NCBI GenBank assembly: GCA_038212275.1
Contig: JBBQUR010000020.1
Coordinates: 25,288-89,287, forward strand
Direction of reading: 5' to 3'
Origin: Planctomycetota bacterium
GTDB taxonomy: Bacteria; Planctomycetota; B15-G4
DNA length: 64,000 nucleotides
A program made the position numbers and the translations under genes. Positions 47,527-55,423 of this stretch are shown here, piece after piece (the first letter of the stretch is position 1; each line of letters starts with the position of its first letter). The notes under the pieces were generated by a model. The model was not told where the DNA came from, did not search any database, and saw nothing but the letters and a program-made list of their open reading frames with translations.

Positions 47527-49854
47527 GTGCGATCCGACCTGCCCGCAAGCGACCTCCGGCGCCCGACCGCTGTCGCGGCGCTGCTCGCCCTCATGGTGGT
47601 CAGCCTGCGACTCGGGCTGCCCGACCTCCGGCACGGCCTGCCCTTCGTCTTCCACTCGGACTTCGTGCAGATCGAGCAGGCGGCGCAGCTGCTGCGACAG
47701 GGCTGGTTCACGAACGACAGCATCTATCCGCTGCCGCTCGTGTGGCTGTACGCGGGCGCGGCCTGGCTGGCGCACGTGCTCGGTGCACTCGGCGGCGCCG
47801 CGGGCGAGGGCATGGACGCCTTCGCGCAGCGCTTCACCGACCCGGCCGTGCACCACCCGCTCGGGCGCTTCGTCGACGTGGCCTGCGCTGCGCTGCTCGT
47901 GCCGGCCACGTACCGGCTCGCCCGCGTGCGCTTTCCGCGCGGCGTCGCGCTGCTCGCGGCCGCGGTCATCGCCGTGGACCCGGTGCTCCTGCTCACGGCG
48001 CGGCAGGTGCGGCCGCATGCGCCGGCGGTGCTGTGCCTGGCGCTGGCGGCGCCCTCGGTGCTGGCCCTTGCGCGCCGCGGCGCCGGCCCGCGGCAGGGCC
48101 TGCTCGCCGGAGCGCTCGTCGGCATGAGCGCCGCCGTGTTCCAGGTGGCGTCGCTGCAGGGCGTGGCGCTGCTGCTCATCGTGGCGGCGTGCGTGCGTCC
48201 CGCGCGGCGCGCGCTGGCGACGGCGTGCACGGCGCTGGCCGGCATGGCGGGCAGCGCGTGGCTGGTGAGCGTGCTCGCGGGCGCACCGGCTTCCGTGCGC
48301 GCGCCCTCGGGCGCAAGCCTCGACGACGCGGCGCACTCGGCCGGCTTCCTCATGCGCATGCTGGACTGGGGAATGACCGGGCCCTTCCAGCAGGCCGGAA
48401 AAGCCTGGTTGCTGGCAGAGCCAGCTCTGTGTCTCGGCGTCGCGGGCGCCGTGCTGCTGGCGTTGCGCACCGCGCGCCGCCGGCGGGACGCGCTCGCAGC
48501 ACCCGCACCGCCGGGCGCGTCGGCCCCCGGCCTGGTGGATCTGCTGCTCTACGGAGCGTGTCCGGCCATCGTGCTCGCCTGCACGGCCACGATGCTCGGG
48601 GCGCACGTGCGCTACGTCGTCGCGGCCCTGCCGTTTCTTGCGACGCTCGCTGCGGCGGCGTGTCTCTCGGCGCGACCCGCCCTTCCGCGCATCGCCGCGG
48701 TGGCGCTGCTGCTCGCGGTGCCGCTGGCCACGACGCTGCGGACGCGCGCGCTGCTGCACACGGCGGACTCGCGCTTCGTGCTGGATGCAGCTCTGCAGTC
48801 GATCGGGGCGGGCGAGGCGCCGCTCGTCATCGCGTTGCAGGACACGCTGGTCCTGGACCGCAGCGCGCTGCCGCGCGGCGTGCTCGAGTTTCCGCCGCAC
48901 GGCGACCTGTCGCGCTGGGACGAGGCGAAGTTCGTGCCGCGCGCCGAGCTCCGGGCCTGCGGCGCCGCGGTCTACGCACGCGTGCCCGGTGCGCGCTGGG
49001 CCACCGGGCCGCTCGACGCGGCCTCGATGCAGCGGCTCGGCTTCCAGCTGTGGGGCACGCTGGGCGACGCGCCGACGAGCCGCCTGTACCTGCCCGACGT
49101 CCCCGATGCGCTGGTCATCGACGCGTGGTCCGCGAGCCGCACGGGCCCGCCCATCGAGCTTTGGATCGCGAACGGTCCCGCCGGAGACCTGGCGCGCTCG
49201 CGACTCGCGACGGCGGACCTCGCCGCGGCGGCCGCATCCGATGCCGACGCCGCCGTGGCCGCCACGCTCGCGCGGATCGCGAGCCAGCGCGCGGCACGCT
49301 CGGGTGCAGGTGCGGGTGCAGGTGCGGGTGCAGGTGCGGGTGCAGGTGCAGGTGCAAGTGCGGGTGCAGGTGCAGGTGCAAGTGCGGGAGCGGGTGCGGG
49401 CCGGGGCGCAGCGAGCGGCGCGCAAGGCTCCGGCATCGTCGATCCGGCGCTGCTCGCGAAGCTGCTGGCGCTGCCGACGGACCGCTGGCAGGCGACGGGA
49501 GGCGCTCTGCCGGGTGCGGCGCACGCGCCCACGCTCTCGGCGCGCGGCACGATGCGCCACGACGAGCCCGTGCTGCTGCTGGTGGACGGCGCGCCGCCCG
49601 GCAGCACGTGCCGGCTCGTGCTCGGCGCGCGCGAACTGCGCGCCCCGTTTCGCGGCGGCACGCTCGTCCCCGCGCCGGACCTGCTCCTGGACGGCCTGAT
49701 CGTGGGCGACGACGGTCGACTCGCCCTCGGCGCCCTGTGGCCGCACAGTTCGCCGGCAGGCCTCACCCTCTGCGCCCAGGTCTGGGTGCAGGATCCCAGC
49801 GGGCCGCACGGCTACTCGGCCACGAACGCCGTCGTCGGCACGAGCCCCGACTGA
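47527..49854 (+). CDS. Polytopic membrane protein, GT-C (ArnT/PMT-like) candidate, with (GA)n linker and C-terminal PFRGG domain
   Basis: TM1 followed by GLPFVFHSD, YPLP, many TM segments, RY...LPFL; Gly-Ala linker at 49303-49401; C-terminal domain at 49486-49854. Confidence 0.7.
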   Translation: MRSDLPASDLRRPTAVAALLALMVVSLRLGLPDLRHGLPFVFHSDFVQIEQAAQLLRQGWFTNDSIYPLPLVWLYAGAAWLAHVLGALGGAAGEGMDAFAQRFTDPAVHHPLGRFVDVACAALLVPATYRLARVRFPRGVALLAAAVIAVDPVLLLTARQVRPHAPAVLCLALAAPSVLALARRGAGPRQGLLAGALVGMSAAVFQVASLQGVALLLIVAACVRPARRALATACTALAGMAGSAWLVSVLAGAPASVRAPSGASLDDAAHSAGFLMRMLDWGMTGPFQQAGKAWLLAEPALCLGVAGAVLLALRTARRRRDALAAPAPPGASAPGLVDLLLYGACPAIVLACTATMLGAHVRYVVAALPFLATLAAAACLSARPALPRIAAVALLLAVPLATTLRTRALLHTADSRFVLDAALQSIGAGEAPLVIALQDTLVLDRSALPRGVLEFPPHGDLSRWDEAKFVPRAELRACGAAVYARVPGARWATGPLDAASMQRLGFQLWGTLGDAPTSRLYLPDVPDALVIDAWSASRTGPPIELWIANGPAGDLARSRLATADLAAAAASDADAAVAATLARIASQRAARSGAGAGAGAGAGAGAGAGASAGAGAGASAGAGAGRGAASGAQGSGIVDPALLAKLLALPTDRWQATGGALPGAAHAPTLSARGTMRHDEPVLLLVDGAPPGSTCRLVLGARELRAPFRGGTLVPAPDLLLDGLIVGDDGRLALGALWPHSSPAGLTLCAQVWVQDPSGPHGYSATNAVVGTSPD

Positions 49855-49884
49855 CGCGCGCGATTCAGCGCGGAGGCGCGGCCC

Positions 49885-50868
49885 TTACTTCTTGAAGCCC
49901 GCCGAGGACGTCGGGCCCGTCGCGAGCAGCTCCTTCAAGCTGCCGATCGAGCCCAGCACGGCCGCGCTCTCGTAGGGCAGGAAGACGGTCTTCTGGCCGC
50001 CGCTGCCGGCGGCGATTTCGCGCATCATCTTGAGATACTCCAGCGCAATCAGGTACTGCGCGGGGTTGGTGCCGCTGGCGGACAGCGCCGCCGACACCTT
50101 CTCGATGGCGCCGGCCTCGCCGGTGGCCTTGAGGATGAGGCGCTGGCGCTCGCCTTCCGCTTCCGCAATGGCCGCGTCGCGCAGGCCCTCGGCGCGCAGC
50201 ACGCGCGCGGCCTTCTCGCCCTCGGCCTCCAGCACGACGGCGCGACGGTCGCGCTCGGCCTTCATCTGCTTCTCCATCGCCACCTGGATTTCCGGCGGCG
50301 GCGAGATGTCCTGCAGCTCGACGCGATTGATCTTCACGCCCCACTTGTCGGAGGCGTCGTCGAGCACGGCGCGCATCTTGGTGTTGATCTCGTCGCGGTT
50401 GGAGAGCGCCTTGTCGAGGTCGAGCTCGCCGATGATGTTGCGCAGCGTGGTCTGCGCCAGTTTCTCGATGGCCATCGGCAGGTTGCTGACCTCGTAGGCG
50501 GCGCGCGTCGGGTCCGTGATCTGGCTGAAGAGCAGCCCGTTGATCTGGATGACCACGTTGTCGCGCGTGATGACGCGCTGCTCGGGGAAGTCCATCACGG
50601 ACTCGCGCAGGTCGATGCGCTCGGTGAAGCGCGCGACATTGACGGCGCGGCCGCTGGCGGTGATCGGCGTCATCCACGCCACCGTGCGCGCCTGCTCGAT
50701 GAGCGGCAGCAGCACGTTGATGCCCGGAGTCAGCGTGCGGTTGTACTTGCCGAGACGCTCGATGATCATCACCTCGGCCTGGCGGATGACCTTGATGCTC
50801 CTGGCGACGAGCACGATCGCGAAGACGACCAGCGCGATGACGATGAAGGTGTAGGTATTCTCAGGCAT
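49885..50868 (-). CDS. SPFH/band-7 (stomatin/QmcA-like) protein
   Basis: IERLGKY, IDLRE, VITRDNV, QTTLRNIIGELDLD, WGVKINRVE, AMEKQMKAERDRRA; GAGGAGG before ATG50868. Confidence 0.95.
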   Translation of the reverse strand: MPENTYTFIVIALVVFAIVLVARSIKVIRQAEVMIIERLGKYNRTLTPGINVLLPLIEQARTVAWMTPITASGRAVNVARFTERIDLRESVMDFPEQRVITRDNVVIQINGLLFSQITDPTRAAYEVSNLPMAIEKLAQTTLRNIIGELDLDKALSNRDEINTKMRAVLDDASDKWGVKINRVELQDISPPPEIQVAMEKQMKAERDRRAVVLEAEGEKAARVLRAEGLRDAAIAEAEGERQRLILKATGEAGAIEKVSAALSASGTNPAQYLIALEYLKMMREIAAGSGGQKTVFLPYESAAVLGSIGSLKELLATGPTSSAGFKK

Positions 50869-50954
50869 CTGTCCGTCCTCCTCGGGGCGGCAGGGCCGAC
50901 CCGGACTCCGGCGACGCCCCTCGGGCCGTCGCCGCGTTCTTATGGTTGCGCTCT

Positions 50955-51461
50955 TCAGCTCCTGCCCACGGTGAGCGTGTTTCCGGTGACCTGCAGCACG
51001 CGCACGGGCTCGCCCACCGCGAGCGGCGTCGCCGCGGTGGCGCGCCATTCCTCGTTGCTCAGCCGCACGCGGCCGATGCCGCCCGCCCCGATCTGGTCGA
51101 TCACGGTACCCGACTGACCCACGAGCGAGGCCGCATTGGTCTCGTGCCTGTTGGTGGCCAGCAGCTTGAGGAACACGGGCCGCACCCAGATCAGCGAGGC
51201 GATGGACACGAGCGAGAACAGCACGAGCTGGCCGTTGCGCTCGAGCCCCAAGTACGCCCCCGCCGCGGTGATCAGCGTGCTCACGGCGAAGGCACCGATG
51301 AAGAAGCCCGCCGTGAAGATCTCGATGATCAGCACGACGAGCGTCATCCACAGCCAGAACTCGGTGTGTCCGACGAGACCGCCCAGCGTGATGACCGAGT
51401 CCAGCAGCGAGCTGGCAACCTGATCGCCACCTGTCTGGGCGAGCGCGAAGAGAGTCGGCAT
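50955..51461 (-). CDS. NfeD-like membrane protein (SPFH partner)
   Basis: Three TM segments, LVGQSGTV, GRVRLSNEEWRA, VTGNTLTV. Confidence 0.9.
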   Translation of the reverse strand: MPTLFALAQTGGDQVASSLLDSVITLGGLVGHTEFWLWMTLVVLIIEIFTAGFFIGAFAVSTLITAAGAYLGLERNGQLVLFSLVSIASLIWVRPVFLKLLATNRHETNAASLVGQSGTVIDQIGAGGIGRVRLSNEEWRATAATPLAVGEPVRVLQVTGNTLTVGRS

Positions 51462-51590
51462 GAAGGCCCCCCGGGCAGCGTGTGGTGGCGTGCGGCTTCG
51501 CGATCGGCGAGAGGCGATCCACCTGCCGCCGCGCGCAGTGTAGGCAATCCGGACCGCGAGGGACTTGACGCGACTGCGGCATCCCTCGCG

Positions 51591-51668
51591 CGCCGCGGGG
51601 CAGTTGCCGCGGGCCGATGCTGCTGGCCGATGCCGCGGGCCGATGCCGTGGGCAGTTGCCGCGGGCCG
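51591..51668. repeat. Degenerate ~13-bp tandem repeat TGCCGCGGGCCGA / TGCCGYGGGCAGT
   Basis: Read directly from the sequence. Confidence 0.8.
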
Positions 51669-51672
51669 GGGG

Positions 51673-52473
51673 TCAGGGCCTTGCGTAGCGGCCGGCCGCG
51701 AGAGCTGCTGCCTGGTCGCGCTCGGCGGGCGAGAGGGCGCCCGGCTCCCAGCGCAGCGCGAGGCGCCGCGCGAAGGTGGCGACGACGACGTCAGCCAGCT
51801 CGTCCCAGCTTACGGGGCGGCCGGCCGCGAGCGAGACGCTGCCGGAGCCCGGCGTGAGCGCGGGCACCTCCAGCGGCAGCGAGCCGTGATGCAGCACGCG
51901 GCCGCCTGTGCGGCGCTGTGCGGAGCCCACCACTTTGCGGCCGGCCCGGTCCAGCAGGTCCAGCGCGGTGTGGTCCATGAAACAGAGGGTGGCGTCGCGC
52001 GGCCTCGTGGAGAGCGGCGCGCTGCCGCCATGCGGCGCCACCTCGGCCCCCAGCGCGGACAGCGCCTCGCGCAGGATGTCGTGCACGAGGACATAGGCCT
52101 CCACCACGTCGGCCGGGTAGCCGTCATGGCCGGGGCGCGCGGCGATGCAGAAGGTCAGCTCGCGATCGTGGTGAATGGCGCCACCGCCGGTGGGCCGACG
52201 CACCACCACGGCCCCGGCGGCTGCGGCCGCCGCAAGGTCGAAGCCCTCCAGCGGCTGGAAGTGCCCGAGGGAGAGCGCGGCAGGCGACCACGCGTAAAGG
52301 CGGAGCACCGCGCGCGGATCCGCGCTCTGCAGCAGGGCTTCATCCGTCGCGAGATTGAGGGCCGGCGTCGCGGCGCCATCGCGCAGCAGGCGCCAGATCA
52401 GTGTGCCGCCGGAAGCCGGGTCACCCGCGGGCCGACTGCCGGACTGGGTCGGCGTGTCGGGGACGCGCTCCAC
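51673..52473 (-). CDS. Lipoate-protein ligase A / LipM family protein
   Basis: NLATDEALL, LRLYAW, LSLGHFQ, VVRRPTGGGAIHH, KVVGSAQRR, LHHGS. Confidence 0.92.
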   Translation of the reverse strand: MERVPDTPTQSGSRPAGDPASGGTLIWRLLRDGAATPALNLATDEALLQSADPRAVLRLYAWSPAALSLGHFQPLEGFDLAAAAAAGAVVVRRPTGGGAIHHDRELTFCIAARPGHDGYPADVVEAYVLVHDILREALSALGAEVAPHGGSAPLSTRPRDATLCFMDHTALDLLDRAGRKVVGSAQRRTGGRVLHHGSLPLEVPALTPGSGSVSLAAGRPVSWDELADVVVATFARRLALRWEPGALSPAERDQAAALAAGRYARP

Positions 52474-52492
52474 CGTTGGGCCGCCGAAGCGG

Positions 52493-54553
52493 CTACTTCC
52501 CGGCGCCTGCCCCGGTCAGCTTCATCGTGGGCAGCACGGCCTTGAGGCTCTCCTGCGCCCAGTTCAGGTAGTTGAGGTCGAGGTAGTCCTCGTAGGCGAG
52601 GTCCTTGTTGCGACCCTCGAAGGCGCCCACCGGACCGGCGCGCGTGAAGTCCTTGACCGAGACGGCCCACGAACCGGCGTTCGTCTCGGCGCCCCACGCA
52701 TGCTGGCGGCAGCTCTGCGGCCACGGGCCGTACACCTCGCCACGCTGGCCGTGGTAGTAGATGTCGTCGGAGAAGCCGTAGCCGGTGAGGAAGATGGACA
52801 GCTCATCCTCGGCCATGCGCATGCGGAGCTGGCTGCGCTGGAAGTTGTGGCCGTCGCCGCCCTGCGGGCTGGGCGGGGACGGATGCTGGCGCGCGACGCG
52901 CGCGAACCACGCGGCATTGTTCGGACCATTGCTGCGCTCGTCAGCCTGGACGGCCGCGGCCTCGGCGGCGTCTGCTGCCGCGTCGGCGACCGCTCCTTCG
53001 CCACCCGCTTCGAGCATGGCCGCAGCTCGCGCCGTGGCGATCGCCCCCTGCTGGTCCGCGGCCCATTCGGCGCGTGCGCGATCCATGAACTCCTGCAGTT
53101 CGGCCTTCGAGGCCTCCAGCGTGCCGTCGTTGAACGGCCGCTTGCCGACCTCGTTGTAGGCGATGTCGACCGAGATGTTGCCGCGCTCGAAGAACAGGCG
53201 GCCGCCACCCTGGTAGTGCTCGAGCACCTCCTCGTCGGAGAGCGTCTCCCGGCGCCAGCGGTTGTAGGCCTGGCGGTAGCGATAGTGCTCGCGGTAGCGG
53301 TCCAGCGAGGTGTAGCCGCGGAACAGGATGATGGTCTGCAGCGGGAAGATCGTGTTCGCGTACGTCGCCTTGTGCTCCTGCCAGAGCTTGTCGAACTCCT
53401 CGGGGCCGAGCCACTTGCCGGCGGCGGTCAGGCCCTCCTTCATGGCGGCCAGCGTGAGCAGCTCGCGGATGATGAGCTCGTTGTCGGTGTCGGCAAGCTT
53501 GTTCTCGACCAGGTACCACATCTCGCTGACCGGCACGAACTGGCCACCGACCTCCATGAAGATGTCGTCGGGCAGGTCCTTGTCGAAGAAGAAGGAGACG
53601 CCGGCCTCCGCGATGAGGCCCTCCCGGATCTTGGCCAGGATGCTCGGCTTGAACATGCCTGGAATGCCCGAGCCATCGATCGCCCACGACTTCACGAAAG
53701 AGCGCAGGTTGCGCCCCTGATCGTCGTGGCCGAGAGCATCCCAAGTGACCTGGGGCAACCACTCGGGACGCGGGTCATCCAGCGGCGGCGGGCCGGCACT
53801 CATGTCGTAGGCCTCACCCCCGACCGGCTCGGAAGGGAAGGGCAGGAACACCTTTTCGAAAAGCGCGTCGGCTGCGAGCAGCTGGCGATACGCCTCCATG
53901 CCGATGCTCGAGTGGATGGACGCCTCGTACTCGGCAATGGCCGCGTCGGACGGGTCCGGTGCGCCGGGCTCGAGACCCTGACGCGTCTGCTGGCGGATCT
54001 GCTCCTTGAGCTCCTCGAACTTGCGGTCGATGGCCGCTTCGTCCAGCTGGAAGCGCGCACGGAAGTCGGCGATGCCGGCATCCCGGTCGGGGGCGTCGGC
54101 CGCCAGCGTGCCCATGAAGTCGGCCAGCTCGCGGTCGATCTCCTGCTGGGTGAGCAGGTGCGTGATGTGCTTGTCGACCTCGTTGCCGCCCGAGTACATG
54201 AGCGCCCGCTTGCGATACGCGTTGCGCGACACCGGATGGCCTCCGACGGTCATGATCGGTTCTGCCGTCAGGTCGAGCCCGGCGAGATCGGGCACCACGC
54301 GATCCGCGAGCCGTCGCACATAGGAGAGCTCCTGGCCGCGGTGAGCCCGGATGTCCGGGATGCTGTAGATCGGCGCATCCACCTGATTGACCGGCACCAG
54401 CCCGCCCTGCTGAGGCGGCGGGGCTCCATCCTGAGCGCTCTCCGGCTGGACCTGGGTCTGGGCAGGCGCCTCCTGAGCGGCGGACGCGCGAGGCGTCGCA
54501 TGCGGCCACAGGACGAGGGCGCAGGCCAGGGCGAACGAGGCGGTGGACTTCAT
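52493..54553 (-). CDS. Exported protein, possible SurA/PrsA-like chaperone with degenerate parvulin domain
   Basis: Signal peptide; two TVGGHPVS/EVGGQFVP-helical units; C-terminal FARVARQHPS...GGDG...F...GEVYGP; GGAG before ATG54553. Confidence 0.6.
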   Translation of the reverse strand: MKSTASFALACALVLWPHATPRASAAQEAPAQTQVQPESAQDGAPPPQQGGLVPVNQVDAPIYSIPDIRAHRGQELSYVRRLADRVVPDLAGLDLTAEPIMTVGGHPVSRNAYRKRALMYSGGNEVDKHITHLLTQQEIDRELADFMGTLAADAPDRDAGIADFRARFQLDEAAIDRKFEELKEQIRQQTRQGLEPGAPDPSDAAIAEYEASIHSSIGMEAYRQLLAADALFEKVFLPFPSEPVGGEAYDMSAGPPPLDDPRPEWLPQVTWDALGHDDQGRNLRSFVKSWAIDGSGIPGMFKPSILAKIREGLIAEAGVSFFFDKDLPDDIFMEVGGQFVPVSEMWYLVENKLADTDNELIIRELLTLAAMKEGLTAAGKWLGPEEFDKLWQEHKATYANTIFPLQTIILFRGYTSLDRYREHYRYRQAYNRWRRETLSDEEVLEHYQGGGRLFFERGNISVDIAYNEVGKRPFNDGTLEASKAELQEFMDRARAEWAADQQGAIATARAAAMLEAGGEGAVADAAADAAEAAAVQADERSNGPNNAAWFARVARQHPSPPSPQGGDGHNFQRSQLRMRMAEDELSIFLTGYGFSDDIYYHGQRGEVYGPWPQSCRQHAWGAETNAGSWAVSVKDFTRAGPVGAFEGRNKDLAYEDYLDLNYLNWAQESLKAVLPTMKLTGAGAGK

Positions 54554-54736
54554 GAACAGGCTCCGGGGCCGGGAGGCGGGCGCGAGGGCCGCCACTACGC
54601 GAGGACGATGGGCCAACGTTGGCAAAGCGTGCCACGAGGCCAATCGATCATCAAAGAATAGAGCTTTGCACACTGTCAAGCTGGCGAGCGGCGCGCTGTT
54701 GATCGCCGTCGCCCGCACCGTTACGGTCGCCTTCAC

Positions 54737-55423
54737 TTGTCACTCGCGCAGGACATCGATGACACGCTGCGCCGGCCGGGGGGCGACCCCGCCGTGCGCT
54801 GCCTGGCGTTGCTTCACGGCGCCGCCTGCGCCGGGCGCTTCGACGCCGTGCCGGCATTGCTGGCCCGGGCTCGCGCGCACGGCCTCCCCCCCACGGACCC
54901 GCGCGTGCTCGAGACTGCGCTGCAGGTCGTGGCCTACGGCGGCTTCCCGCGCGCCATCGAGCTGCTGTCGCTGCTGCGCGACGCGCGGGCGGGAGCGCCG
55001 GCCGGCGCCCTGACCGAGACCCTCGCCTGCCCGCAACCCGAGGCGCAGCCCGAGGCGCTGGCCCGTCGCGGCCGCGTGATCTGGGATGCCATCTACAAGC
55101 ACAACGCCGACGAGGTGCGGACCACGCTCGACGAGCTGCTGCCGGGCTTCTCGCGGCTGGTGCTCGAGGACGCCTACGGTCGCTTGCTGGCTCGCTCCGG
55201 CCTCACGCTGGCCGAGCGCGAGTTGCTGGCCGTCGCCGCGCTGGGCCTGATGGCGCTGCCCGCGCCGCTGGGCTCGCACATCCGCGGAGCGCTCCGCAAC
55301 GGTTCCAACCTGCAGGCCGTAATGGATATTCTCGACAGCTGTCGAGTTCTGGCTGACCCGGCAGCGCTGGCTGTCCTCTCCCAGGCTCAGGACCGACTTT
55401 CACGGAGCGTGTACCGACCATGA
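54737..55423 (+). CDS. Carboxymuconolactone decarboxylase / AhpD-like family protein
   Basis: ETALQVVAYGGFPRA, YGRLLARSGLTLAERELLAVAAL, LGSHIRGALRNG. Confidence 0.85.
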   Translation: MSLAQDIDDTLRRPGGDPAVRCLALLHGAACAGRFDAVPALLARARAHGLPPTDPRVLETALQVVAYGGFPRAIELLSLLRDARAGAPAGALTETLACPQPEAQPEALARRGRVIWDAIYKHNADEVRTTLDELLPGFSRLVLEDAYGRLLARSGLTLAERELLAVAALGLMALPAPLGSHIRGALRNGSNLQAVMDILDSCRVLADPAALAVLSQAQDRLSRSVYRP

